Shown: piece after piece, positions 1 through 9,535 of the stretch | How positions within the stretch are numbered: the first letter of the stretch is position 1 | Layout of the letters: each line of letters starts with the position of its first letter | Source: Patescibacteria group bacterium | GTDB lineage: Bacteria; Patescibacteriota; Patescibacteriia; JAXHNJ01 | Length of the DNA: 64,000 nucleotides | NCBI GenBank assembly: GCA_034520665.1 | Contig: JAXHNJ010000002.1 | Span: 179,166-243,165 of the forward strand | Direction: 5' to 3' | Position numbers and translations under genes: made by a program | The notes under the pieces: generated by a model | What the model saw: the letters and a program-made list of their open reading frames with translations, nothing else | What the model was told of the DNA's origin: nothing | Databases searched by the model: none

Positions 1-978
1 TTCATCCACTTTTCTTTTTAAGTATTTATAATCGTCTACACCAGTGCGCGAAGGCACGGAAACCATTAAATAAGTCACTTTTTCCTGATACTCGGGATAT
101 TTTTTTAAAAAGTCACGAAAAGCCTCCAGTCGCTTAATAATACCTTTAGTATACTCCATACGGTCAACGGAAAGAATAACTTTTTGTCCGCCTATTTCTT
201 TTTTTAATTTTTTTATCTCATTTTTTACTCTTTTTCTTTTATCAGACTGGTTAAACTTATCAAAATCAATGCCCATGGGAAAACTGTCAACTTTGGTTAA
301 ATGATCCTTAACTATAATTTCACCCAGATTTGACTCATACCCCAAAAGACGAAAAACACTTTCCAGAAAATGCTGGACATAATCATAGGTATGAAAACCG
401 ACTACATCTGAACTGATTAAAGATTGTAAAATTTCCCTTGACCAGGGTATTTGACGAAAAACTTCATATGAAGGAAAAGGAATATGCAAAAAGAATCCAA
501 TATCCAGATCAGGCATTTTCTTTCTTAGCATTTCCGGTAAAAGCATTAAATGATAATCATGAATCCAGACTAAGTCGCCGGGTTTGGCTTTTTCTAAAAC
601 TGCTTCACAAAATTTATGATTTACCCTTTTATAAGCTTTCCACAATTCCTCACTATAATCAGGCAGCTGCAAAAAATAATGAAAAAGAGGCCAAACTACT
701 TTATTGGAAAAGCCATAATAAAATTCCTTAAAATCTCTCTCACTTAAATAAACTGGAGAGTAATTTTTACTTTCTAATTCTTTAGTTAGTTTTTCTCTAT
801 TATCCCCCAACTGGTTAGAAGTTAGTCCCGGCCAGCCAACCCATAAAGCTTTTCTGGACTGAAAAAAAGACTTCATAGCTGTAGCTAAACCTCCGGGTGA
901 GGATATAAAGTTTATATCATCATCTTCTATTTTAGTTTTAATCGGCAGACGGTTGGAAACTATGATCTTTTTGGACAT
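1..978 (-). CDS. otsA: Trehalose-6-phosphate synthase (GT20), runs off the window edge
   Basis: Not in the ORF track. Manual translation from ATG at 978 gives MSKKIIVSNRLP...SPGGLATA...WVGWPG...WIHDYHL...GFFLHIPFP...SVDRMEYTKGI, all TPS motifs. Confidence 0.9.
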   Translation of the reverse strand, partial: MSKKIIVSNRLPIKTKIEDDDINFISSPGGLATAMKSFFQSRKALWVGWPGLTSNQLGDNREKLTKELESKNYSPVYLSERDFKEFYYGFSNKVVWPLFHYFLQLPDYSEELWKAYKRVNHKFCEAVLEKAKPGDLVWIHDYHLMLLPEMLRKKMPDLDIGFFLHIPFPSYEVFRQIPWSREILQSLISSDVVGFHTYDYVQHFLESVFRLLGYESNLGEIIVKDHLTKVDSFPMGIDFDKFNQSDKRKRVKNEIKKLKKEIGGQKVILSVDRMEYTKGIIKRLEAFRDFLKKYPEYQEKVTYLMVSVPSRTGVDDYKYLKRKVDE

Positions 979-1061
979 ATTTTGGGCTATTAAACAACTT
1001 TATTACGTAAAACTTATACTACACCAATAAAAAAAATATGTAAAATAAATAATATTTAATA

Positions 1062-1090
1062 TTGACATTTCTAACAATATTGTTTAATAT
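1062..1090 (+). promoter_or_regulatory. sigma70-type promoter
   Basis: TTGACA (1062-1067), 17 nt, TAATAT (1085-1090). Confidence 0.65.
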
Positions 1091-1124
1091 ATTTTATGGT
1101 TCTTTAAACTTAAGGAGGTGCCAA

Positions 1125-1610
1125 TTGAAATCAGGAATTGTGGCTTTTGCTTTCGGAAAACCAGATTATCTAAGGGCTAATCGTATTCTTGCTCAAATAA
1201 CTTCTAAAAAGGCGTTAGAAGAAAAAGACTGTCCTATTTTTACGCAAGAAGATATACCTTTACAAGGAGAAAATTTTGAAATTATAAAGAATAAAAAGGG
1301 CGAACCACCATCAACACTAGAAATAGCTAAGGCGGCTGTTTCTTGGGCTAAAAGAAACAAAATTAATAAACTTATTATTGTTTCAGCTTGTCCGCATCTT
1401 TGGCGATGCAAAAGAGATTTGTCCCGAATAATTAAAGAAAGACAAATGGAAATTGAAATACAAATCGCTGAAGAAATTACAAAAATACCACAAAATTTTT
1501 GGTTCTGCCCCAAATCGCATCAGAAACGAACACAAAAACGATTTAATTGGTTAATACGCGAGGCAATAATAAAAATAATGCCTTTTTTAATTTACCGGCG
1601 TATAACTTAA
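1125..1610 (+). CDS. Hypothetical protein, weak YdcF/DUF218-like
   Basis: AGGAGGT SD then an in-frame TTG at 1125. STLEIA...LIIVSACPHLWRC resembles DUF218 motifs. Confidence 0.6.
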   Translation: MKSGIVAFAFGKPDYLRANRILAQITSKKALEEKDCPIFTQEDIPLQGENFEIIKNKKGEPPSTLEIAKAAVSWAKRNKINKLIIVSACPHLWRCKRDLSRIIKERQMEIEIQIAEEITKIPQNFWFCPKSHQKRTQKRFNWLIREAIIKIMPFLIYRRIT

Positions 1611-1695
1611 ATTTAAATAATCCCTGGAAAAATAATCTAGGGATTTTTTATTAGACGTAAAAATTTTTATTTAGATTTATAAATTAATAATATAA

Positions 1696-1912
1696 AAAAT
1701 TCTAAGCGGACCCGATCTCCCTTTGGGAGACGATCTTCTCCGTGACCCCACACTATATTTGCTTCTTTCACAAGTGCAAAGCCGACAAAAGAGATACTAA
1801 AATTCTAAGCGGGCCCGATCTCCCTTCGGGAGACGATCTTCTCCGTGACCCCACACTATATTTGCTTCGCTCATATGTTTGGGGCAAGCAGGGAGATATA
1901 CTAAAATTCTAA
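1696..1912 (-). repeat. Two ~103-104 bp tandem partial copies of the tRNA-Asp 3' half plus trailer, carrying palindromic insertions/replacements
   Basis: aaaattctaagcgg(a/g)cccga and cgatcttctccgtgac recur with spacings of 103 and 104 bp (gc at 1706, 1809, 1913). Confidence 0.9.
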
Positions 1913-1913
1913 G

Positions 1914-1988
1914 CGGACCCGACGAGATTTGAACTCGCGATCTTCTCCGTGACAGGGAGATGTGTTAGACCAGCTACACCACGGGTCC
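1914..1988 (-). tRNA. tRNA-Asp(GTC)
   Basis: Reverse complement GGACCCGTGGTGTAGCTGG...TCTCC CT GTC AC GGAGA...GTTCAAATC...CGGGTCCG forms a full cloverleaf. CCA is not encoded. Confidence 0.96.
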
Positions 1989-2135
1989 GCTTAGAATTCT
2001 TAGAGTATAAATATAAATTATTTTAAAATCCATTGCTTTAAATTGTAATAAATATATTAGCAGATAAATTATTATTTGTCTAGGTCAATTTATCATTAAT
2101 ATTTTTGCGAATTTATAATCTTTATCACTTTTCAC

Positions 2136-5100
2136 TTATTCAATAAGATAGCCCATATAATCAAATTGAACTACTTCTGGCGCTCCCGACATTTCTGAAG
2201 TAATAATTTCGTCTAAACCATCATTATTAACATCACCACTGGATACATAAACTCCATTTCTATTACTAGAAGAAAAAGCAAAGAATTGGCCGACCACGCC
2301 ACCATTAATATCTAGCATTCGCACATGCGGGGCTTTATTAAAGCTAGTACCGGTAATAATTTCCTGGGTGCCATTACCATCAACATCACCAGAAGCTAAA
2401 TTAACCCCACCCCGATAAGCTTGGGCATAAGCAAAAAACTGAGAAATCAAATTTCCATTGCTTTCAAATACACGAATATGAGGACCACCACTTTGATAAG
2501 GAGCGGTAATTACTTCGCCTTGGCCATTATTATTAACATCCGAAATTAAAACATTAATACCAATTCTAAAATGTTCTGGATAAGCAAAAAACTGGTCAAT
2601 TAAAGATCCCTGACCATTAAAAATTCTAACATGAGGCGCTGAAGCTCCCATAGTGCCAGTAGCAATTTCCGCCACACCGTCACCGTTTACATCCCCTACT
2701 GCCAAATTTACTCCTCTTCTAAAAGCTAAAGCATAAGCAAAAAATTGATTTTCCAGATTGCCATTCATATCAAATATTCTCACGTGAGGTCCACCACCTG
2801 GTCCAGCGGCTGTTACTATTTCTTTTTGACCATCCCCGTCAACATCACCAATATCTAAATTAAAACCCCCGCGAAAACTGTTTTGATAGGCAAAAAACTG
2901 ACTCTTTATATTCCCTAAAGAGTCAAAAACTCTGACATGAGGACCGCCACCCTGGCTGGTGCCAGTGACTATTTCCGCCGTGCCGTCGCCGTCTAAATCA
3001 GCCGTGGCTGTTTTTACACCGCCTGTGTAAAGCGAAGAGTAGGCTTTAAAACCATCACCAGATTCTAAAGAATAAAAAATATGAGGCACTTGTCCACTTG
3101 AATTAGTTACTGTAAAACCAACCGACAAGAGATCACTTTGTCCATCAGTGTTTTCTACCTTAACATCATAATAGCCCCCGGACATTTGGCCCAAAGGAAT
3201 AACCACAGTCATTTGCTCTGAACTTTTTACATAACTAATAGCTTCATGATCACCAAAATAAGTAGTAGCGCCGTGACGGAAATTTTGACCGTATAAGTCT
3301 AAGTAGGCTTGATAATCTGAGTTATCAGTTACTGATAAACGATTAGGGCTGACTGAACTGACCACTGGCGCTTCACTAGTATAAGGAGCCACGCCTCTAA
3401 TATTTATTTTTCTAATCATATCATTCCAGGAATCACAAACATATAAATATTTGGTATCATTATCAATAACCATACCCATTAAATTATTAAACTTTGTATC
3501 CGTACGGCTGCTATTATGAAATCCTCTGGTGCCTGAACCGGCTACTAGCTTAACAATATCTGAATTGAGTTCAACTAATCTAACCCGATGACTACCAGAC
3601 TCAGAAACAAAAACTTTATTAGCATAGTATTTTACATAAACTGGATAGGAAAAAACCGCTCTGGAAGCAAGTCCATCTAAATAGCCGTTTCGACCATCAC
3701 CAGCTACTGTAGTAACTTTCCCCGTAGAAATTTTTACCCGACGTATTCGATGATTATCTCGATCAGCCACATATAAGTACTGACCTGAGGAATCAATATC
3801 TATGCCATAAGGATGATTAAATTTAGCGGCTGCGCCCATACCGTCAGCAAAACCAGCTTCACCCGAGCCAGCAATAAGCCAAGTTTGACCGTCTGAAATT
3901 CGTACCTTTCTAATACGGTTATTACCGGTATCAGAAACATACAAATACTGATCATCGGGAGAAATAACTAGATTAGCCGGAATATCAAAAAGAGTCGTAT
4001 TTTTAGTACCTTCCTGATAGCCATTACCAGAGCCGGTAACATTAGTATCACCGCTGCCAGAGACTAAAAACGAGCTCTGATTGGCAATATTTACTCCTCT
4101 GATACGATTATTCCAGCGATCGGCTACATAGAGAGTATCACCGCTTGAATTAATGGTAATGCCGGAAATATTGGAAAATCGAGCGGCTGAGCCTGTCCCC
4201 TCTTCATTATTATAACTGTCAACACTGTTACCAATAACAAAGCTGGTATAACCAGTTGATAAATTTATTTTTCTGATTTTATTATTTTCAGCCAGGTAAA
4301 TATAATTGCCATCCGGTGACTTGACCATATCATAAGGACGGCCGATTAAAGCACTGGTGGAATAGCCATTACGATAACCAAAACGGTCTGACCCGACATA
4401 AACTTCATTGTCAGAGGCATCATTTTTGTTATAGCGATGAATAGTGCCGTTGCCGGCCAAATAAATATAATCGCCATGAATACGCACACCCGAAGTCGGA
4501 TAAATACTGGTCATCGAAGAGTCATAAGCAAACTGGGTAGTCTCCCCTGTTTCTGGATTAATTTTTCTAATAACCCCAATACGATTTTCATCCTCATCAG
4601 TCACATATAAATAACCTGAGGAAGCATCATAAGCAATGCCATAAACCATTCTAAAACTAGCATTACTGCCAGTACCTTCTTCATAAGCACTAGTGCTTGA
4701 GCCAGCAATTAAACTAACACTGCCAGTTGAAGTATTGACTTTAATTACACGATTATTACCTTCATCAGCCACATAAAGAGTGCTTCCGTCTGAAGAAATA
4801 GCCATTTTTCTGGGGCTGCTAATTGAAGTAGTTAAGTTATAAACAGCTCCGTTAGAGCGATTTACTTTTTTAATAGCATTATTACCGGTATCAGCAATAT
4901 ATAAATAATCGCCTTGAGCTAAAATGCCTTCTGGTGAAGATAACCCAGAAGAAATGTAAGTACTAACACTACCATAAACATCAACTTTACGAATCATGTT
5001 ATTACCGGTATCAGCTACAAAGACATTGCCGGAAGAATCAACAGTCACTCCTTTAGGTAAAGCAAATTCGGAAAGTTCAGCCGAAGCATTATAATAACCA

Positions 5101-5375
5101 TACTTACCACAACCAGCATGAGTATAAATTAGACCTTCTGGGGTTATTTTACGAATAACATTATTATAAGTATCCGCTATATAAAGATTACCTGAAGCGT
5201 CAAAAGCCACGTCATGAGGAAAATCTAAAAAAGAATCAGTAGCCGGCCCGCCATCTCCGGCATAAAGCTTACCCACAAAAGTAGTAGTATCACCATAGGC
5301 GGCTAGAGCTTGACTGGAAAAAACAAAAAAAAGACCTAAAATTAGTAAAGGTAAAAATAAATAAATTTTTCTCAT
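2136..5375 (-). CDS. Secreted NHL-repeat beta-propeller protein with IPT/TIG-like domain and C-terminal FG-GAP/VCBS repeats
   Basis: Signal peptide, many LYIADTxNNxIRK repeats, PVVSSVSP Ig-like segment, repeated GDVDGDGxxEIVT...GGPHVRVF. Confidence 0.88.
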   Translation of the reverse strand: MRKIYLFLPLLILGLFFVFSSQALAAYGDTTTFVGKLYAGDGGPATDSFLDFPHDVAFDASGNLYIADTYNNVIRKITPEGLIYTHAGCGKYGYYNASAELSEFALPKGVTVDSSGNVFVADTGNNMIRKVDVYGSVSTYISSGLSSPEGILAQGDYLYIADTGNNAIKKVNRSNGAVYNLTTSISSPRKMAISSDGSTLYVADEGNNRVIKVNTSTGSVSLIAGSSTSAYEEGTGSNASFRMVYGIAYDASSGYLYVTDEDENRIGVIRKINPETGETTQFAYDSSMTSIYPTSGVRIHGDYIYLAGNGTIHRYNKNDASDNEVYVGSDRFGYRNGYSTSALIGRPYDMVKSPDGNYIYLAENNKIRKINLSTGYTSFVIGNSVDSYNNEEGTGSAARFSNISGITINSSGDTLYVADRWNNRIRGVNIANQSSFLVSGSGDTNVTGSGNGYQEGTKNTTLFDIPANLVISPDDQYLYVSDTGNNRIRKVRISDGQTWLIAGSGEAGFADGMGAAAKFNHPYGIDIDSSGQYLYVADRDNHRIRRVKISTGKVTTVAGDGRNGYLDGLASRAVFSYPVYVKYYANKVFVSESGSHRVRLVELNSDIVKLVAGSGTRGFHNSSRTDTKFNNLMGMVIDNDTKYLYVCDSWNDMIRKINIRGVAPYTSEAPVVSSVSPNRLSVTDNSDYQAYLDLYGQNFRHGATTYFGDHEAISYVKSSEQMTVVIPLGQMSGGYYDVKVENTDGQSDLLSVGFTVTNSSGQVPHIFYSLESGDGFKAYSSLYTGGVKTATADLDGDGTAEIVTGTSQGGGPHVRVFDSLGNIKSQFFAYQNSFRGGFNLDIGDVDGDGQKEIVTAAGPGGGPHVRIFDMNGNLENQFFAYALAFRRGVNLAVGDVNGDGVAEIATGTMGASAPHVRIFNGQGSLIDQFFAYPEHFRIGINVLISDVNNNGQGEVITAPYQSGGPHIRVFESNGNLISQFFAYAQAYRGGVNLASGDVDGNGTQEIITGTSFNKAPHVRMLDINGGVVGQFFAFSSSNRNGVYVSSGDVNNDGLDEIITSEMSGAPEVVQFDYMGYLIE

Positions 5376-5483
5376 AATTTTAAAATTTAATTTCTAATAA
5401 CTAATTTAATTATATAATAATTAGCTCATAAAAAAAAGAGGGCGAATGTTGGTACATCCGCCCTTAAAGTTCAATAAGTTCAA

Positions 5484-6890
5484 TTAATCCGGCAGATCCT
5501 CAGGATCTACCCGATATATGAATAATTTAGATTTTCCCTTCAATAGATTGAAGGTAAAATCTTTTGCCCCAAATAACTTTTTGGGGCGATTATAGCCAAC
5601 TTCTAGAAAGCCATTGGCTCGCATTTGGACCAAGAGCCATTTCTGGCCTTTATAAAGGGCTGGCTTCCATTCAAAGTAAGGCCCGTATTCATGTCTGAGC
5701 CTAAAAAGTGGGGCAAAGACCGGTGCTCCCTCAAGGATATAATCACCTTGGTGATCATTTTTGGGATATAATAAATTCTTACTATCCCAATTTACTACTG
5801 AAGAGAATTTACCAACTTTAGACACTTGGTAAAACCCTCCAATATTTATACCCTCTTGGACATTAATTAAGATCAACTCGCCTTTAAAGACGGGAAGAAA
5901 ATTATTTTCCCCGTCAAGGTCGAGATGTCTAACCAAACAATCGGTACTTTCAGGGGGTTTATAATCATTAGGAATCTCTATTCCCCGAGGATCAAAATTC
6001 TTTTCCTCTTCACTAACTCTTGTTTGTAAGTTAGTGCGAAAAGCCGAATTTTTCCAATTTTTTAAATCTATCTCAGGAAACAAATGAAACCATTTATAGC
6101 TTATAATAATTATTAGGATAATTAAAATTAAGCTAGCAAACTGACCCAGAGGATCTCTTTCTTTTTTAAATAAACCTAAAAACCATCTAAACACTAACCA
6201 CAAGAAAACTCCGATTAACATATAGTACCGAAATACTATATAAAAGATATGACTCAAGCTCATACCCTTAACAACCTCTGGTACAGGTAAATAATAGCCG
6301 AAAGCATTATTCATTATCAGAGCCGTAAGAACTAGAGGCACGATCGCTTCTTTTAATCCGGTTAAGAATAAAGCTATTACCAGAAGAGCTAGAAAAACTA
6401 GCTGTAAATTTTCCTTTGAAAATTGTATTACCACTCCACCGTATATTAAAAACAATCCGTAAATTAGCCACAGTAAGGCGCCGATAAATCCTATAGTACT
6501 TATTATTTTTCTCCACCGCCAATTCTTTACTTTTATAAACTCTAGAAATTTCTTTCTAGTAATACCATAAACTAATAAAGAAATAAGCAGATAAAAAATA
6601 ATAAATTGTTTTGAAAAAACAGAAGTTTCTTCTTTAACCACACTAGTTTTTTCAACTACCGGCTTTTCAACTACTTCTTGGGTTACCTGCTGAATGACTT
6701 CTTCTTCACTTCCGGAAAAAAATAAGACCTTCGGTGAAAAAATAGCAACAATCAAAAGGCTACCTAGGACAGTAATATAGATAATAGTACCAGTATGTTT
6801 ACGTAAGAACGAAATAGTTTCCCAATACTTCTTTTTTAGAAATTTCTGACAATGCTTACACAGCTTCCACTTGAATTTCATTTTCATCAA
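5484..6890 (-). CDS. Multi-pass membrane protein of unknown function
   Basis: 468-aa ORF with AAGGAG SD, several hydrophobic segments and a soluble C-terminal domain. Confidence 0.75.
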   Translation of the reverse strand: MMKMKFKWKLCKHCQKFLKKKYWETISFLRKHTGTIIYITVLGSLLIVAIFSPKVLFFSGSEEEVIQQVTQEVVEKPVVEKTSVVKEETSVFSKQFIIFYLLISLLVYGITRKKFLEFIKVKNWRWRKIISTIGFIGALLWLIYGLFLIYGGVVIQFSKENLQLVFLALLVIALFLTGLKEAIVPLVLTALIMNNAFGYYLPVPEVVKGMSLSHIFYIVFRYYMLIGVFLWLVFRWFLGLFKKERDPLGQFASLILIILIIIISYKWFHLFPEIDLKNWKNSAFRTNLQTRVSEEEKNFDPRGIEIPNDYKPPESTDCLVRHLDLDGENNFLPVFKGELILINVQEGINIGGFYQVSKVGKFSSVVNWDSKNLLYPKNDHQGDYILEGAPVFAPLFRLRHEYGPYFEWKPALYKGQKWLLVQMRANGFLEVGYNRPKKLFGAKDFTFNLLKGKSKLFIYRVDPEDLPD

Positions 6891-6972
6891 CTCCTTATCT
6901 TTTGATTTTTATTGTTATTTACAAGTTATTTAAAATTTAAAGGACAATCTATTATCATAAAGATAACAGATC

Positions 6973-7001
6973 ATACTAGCATAAAAATATATTTTTGTCA
7001 A
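6973..7001 (-). promoter_or_regulatory. sigma70-type promoter with extended -10
   Basis: TTGACA, 17 nt, TAGTAT with the TG extension, on the minus strand. Confidence 0.65.
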
Positions 7002-7057
7002 GTATGAAAAAAGGAGCTATTTATTATGGAAATAGCTCCCCTGTGAAAATTAATTGT

Positions 7058-8986
7058 TTACTCCCTGGAAGAGGTAGACTCTTCATCCACCTCATTCACC
7101 TCTTCAGGTAATATATCACGACCAACTTCAAAAGAAAGACCAGCTTTAGCTAGCATGTCGCTAACATTACCGACTCCCTGGGTAAAAACTACACGACCCT
7201 TGCCTTCTTCGCCAGCTAATCTTTCCTGGGCTTCCCAACCCCGCGTGATCAAGTAAGCAGAGCGCGCCTGCTCACTGAGCTTATTACCAGACTTAGGTTT
7301 AGTCTCAAAAGCTAAGATCTGTTGGCGCACTGATTCTCGAATACCAGCACCTCTAAGAGCTTCCGCTCTAGCCTTACCAGAAGACTCGATAATAGCTTTG
7401 CGTCTTTGAATAAGGGCTTTGAGCATTTCCTCGAGGTTGTCACGCAAACCGCTGATTTCTTCAAGATCAGTAATAGGCAGATCAATAATCTGAGTACCAT
7501 AACGCTTCCAAATCATAGCTGCTTTACTATTGGGAGTAAAGAGATAAGGATTTTCTAATAGTGCTACTTCATCGAGCCCAAAGATTTTACCCTTATCTTT
7601 ACGCCAACCGTCTTTTTCCTGCCACTTACTTTCTTCCCTTTTCTCAGATTCACCTCTATTTTCCTCCGAATTTTCCTGATTATCATCTCCTTTTATTTCT
7701 TTCCAAACACCATCAGCTTCGTTCCTAGCCTTTTCAGCCCATTTTTTCAATTTACAGAATTCTAGCTGATCTTTATCTTTGTCTAAACCTCGATCTTTTT
7801 TCTGCGACTCTTCGTATTCCTCGGCAGTCCCAAGTTCATCATCAGATAATTTTTGAGATCCCGCTTCTTTAGGAACAAAACCATGGTTTTTCTCGAAGGT
7901 TTTTCTGGCTAAATCGACCTCTCTTTCCCACTTCTGGGCTTTTTTTTCAAATAATTCAATGTTTTTGTTATTCATTAATTTAATATTAGTCAATGTCTGA
8001 CCAATACCAAATTCCAAGCGCAAAAGTGATTGAGCTTCCTTAATAATCTCTGGCTGGTAGCTTTCGATATAAGCCTCTAAATCTTCCTCCATAGCTTTTA
8101 AACGCTTAATTTCCTCTTCATCAACCTTGACTTCGCCTTTTTTCATTTTAGCAAGTTTAGTTTCTACATCTTCAGCTGACTCTTTAAGAGTGCTGATACT
8201 TCCTTCTCGAAAAAACTTCAGCTGAGGTAGAATTCGGCGTAAGACTTCAAGGATTAGATCCTTGAAAGTGTCTTTTGGTTTTTTTAAGGTAAAGGCAGCT
8301 TTTTCATAATCCCAGAAACGAAGGATTATATCTAAAGCTACTGCTACCCCAGCTGGATCGCCGGATTCATAAAGAGGCACCCCATGGGGATCATAACCTG
8401 AAGACAATTCCTTTTTTATCGGATTATTAGTCCCATCTTTTATAATATTACCCTCTTTATCCTTTTCAAACTCTCTGTATTGAGAGAGAAGTCTTATAAC
8501 CTCATCCCCCATAAAAAGAGAATGTCGTACTTCATCTTCACTTTCGTATTCAGACCAAGAAAAAGCCTGAACTGTGAAACGGGGATGAAAACCAATCCAA
8601 ATCAAGCCATCGTCATGTTCATCCAGTAATATTATTTTATACTGAACTCCCATTTGTTCCATTTCCTTTTTCCAGCGAAGGACATGTTCTCTCAACTCAG
8701 TCGGCGAGTTGATAATCACTTTATTTATTTTGTTATAATCCATAATAAAAAGCATTTTATTATGGGGACAGATAGCAAAATAATGGCCTATCTTTGCCAA
8801 AGACTTTACCTTAGAAATAGCTTTCTGGTATAAATAAGGCGCCACCGAAATATAGGCTATAGTCAGAACAACAACCACCCAAAACATCTTGGGATGAATG
8901 AGTTTAGCTACCAGTAATAGTAGTATAAAAACTACCAATATACTCAATAGGTATACTCGGCCCCAATTTATTTTTTTTAATCTCAT
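7058..8986 (-). CDS. Membrane-anchored SPFH/band-7-like protein with a large charged insertion
   Basis: Probable start MRLKK at 8986 after GGGAG. Two N-terminal TM helices. SPFH-like strands (AVALDIILRFWD; YGTQIIDLPITDL) and a RRKAIIESSGKARAE coiled coil. Confidence 0.6.
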   Translation of the reverse strand: MRLKKINWGRVYLLSILVVFILLLLVAKLIHPKMFWVVVVLTIAYISVAPYLYQKAISKVKSLAKIGHYFAICPHNKMLFIMDYNKINKVIINSPTELREHVLRWKKEMEQMGVQYKIILLDEHDDGLIWIGFHPRFTVQAFSWSEYESEDEVRHSLFMGDEVIRLLSQYREFEKDKEGNIIKDGTNNPIKKELSSGYDPHGVPLYESGDPAGVAVALDIILRFWDYEKAAFTLKKPKDTFKDLILEVLRRILPQLKFFREGSISTLKESAEDVETKLAKMKKGEVKVDEEEIKRLKAMEEDLEAYIESYQPEIIKEAQSLLRLEFGIGQTLTNIKLMNNKNIELFEKKAQKWEREVDLARKTFEKNHGFVPKEAGSQKLSDDELGTAEEYEESQKKDRGLDKDKDQLEFCKLKKWAEKARNEADGVWKEIKGDDNQENSEENRGESEKREESKWQEKDGWRKDKGKIFGLDEVALLENPYLFTPNSKAAMIWKRYGTQIIDLPITDLEEISGLRDNLEEMLKALIQRRKAIIESSGKARAEALRGAGIRESVRQQILAFETKPKSGNKLSEQARSAYLITRGWEAQERLAGEEGKGRVVFTQGVGNVSDMLAKAGLSFEVGRDILPEEVNEVDEESTSSRE

Positions 8987-9115
8987 TTTCTCCACTCCCT
9001 TTCCTTTCAAGTAAAACAAAAAAAACATCAAATTCCGTGATTTATTTATTGGAGTAAACTCCTTTTTAAAGAACAAGTAAAGTTACAGACAATTATTTAT
9101 TGTTAGTAACTATAG

Positions 9116-9144
9116 AGATTAGCATTTATTGTTAGATTTGTCAA
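9116..9144 (-). promoter_or_regulatory. sigma70-type promoter with extended -10
   Basis: TTGACA, 17 nt, TAATCT with the TG extension. Confidence 0.6.
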
Positions 9145-9235
9145 GTGCCAGTATAAATCTCACAAAAAATATAGCGATTTTTTTAGGAAAGAAATTAAAG
9201 ACTTAATTATAATAAGAATTGTCTTTCTTTTACGC

Positions 9236-9307
9236 GTAGGCGGAGATTCATCTCCGCTATAATTATTTTTTTTAAGAGCGTAGATGTCAGTCGCGACTGA
9301 CATCTAC
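9236..9307. repeat. Two GTAG-type REP-like palindromes
   Basis: GTAGGCGGAGATTCATCTCCGCTAT (9236-9260) and GTAGATGTCAGTCGCGACTGACATCTAC (9280-9307, a perfect palindrome). Confidence 0.7.
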
Positions 9308-9535
9308 TAAATTATTTTAAGCATATTTCTACTCAACTTGTCCCGAGCTGCGCGAGGCGATCTAAATAGTGATAAACACTATAGTGTTAAAGTGCTAAAT
9401 AAAAGATTTATCTTTAATTAGCTCTATTTAATTATTAAAAACCGCCAGAAATATGTACCTAAAATTTAATAAAGTTTCCAGGGTTTACAAAATAAAAGTA
9501 TCAGTAGTAACTTTTATTTTTTAAAGATTTCTCTG

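Noticed and set aside
438-731. Plus-strand 97-aa ORF and the other short ORFs overlapping long genes
   Set aside because: Shadow ORFs of well-supported genes (here otsA on the minus strand).
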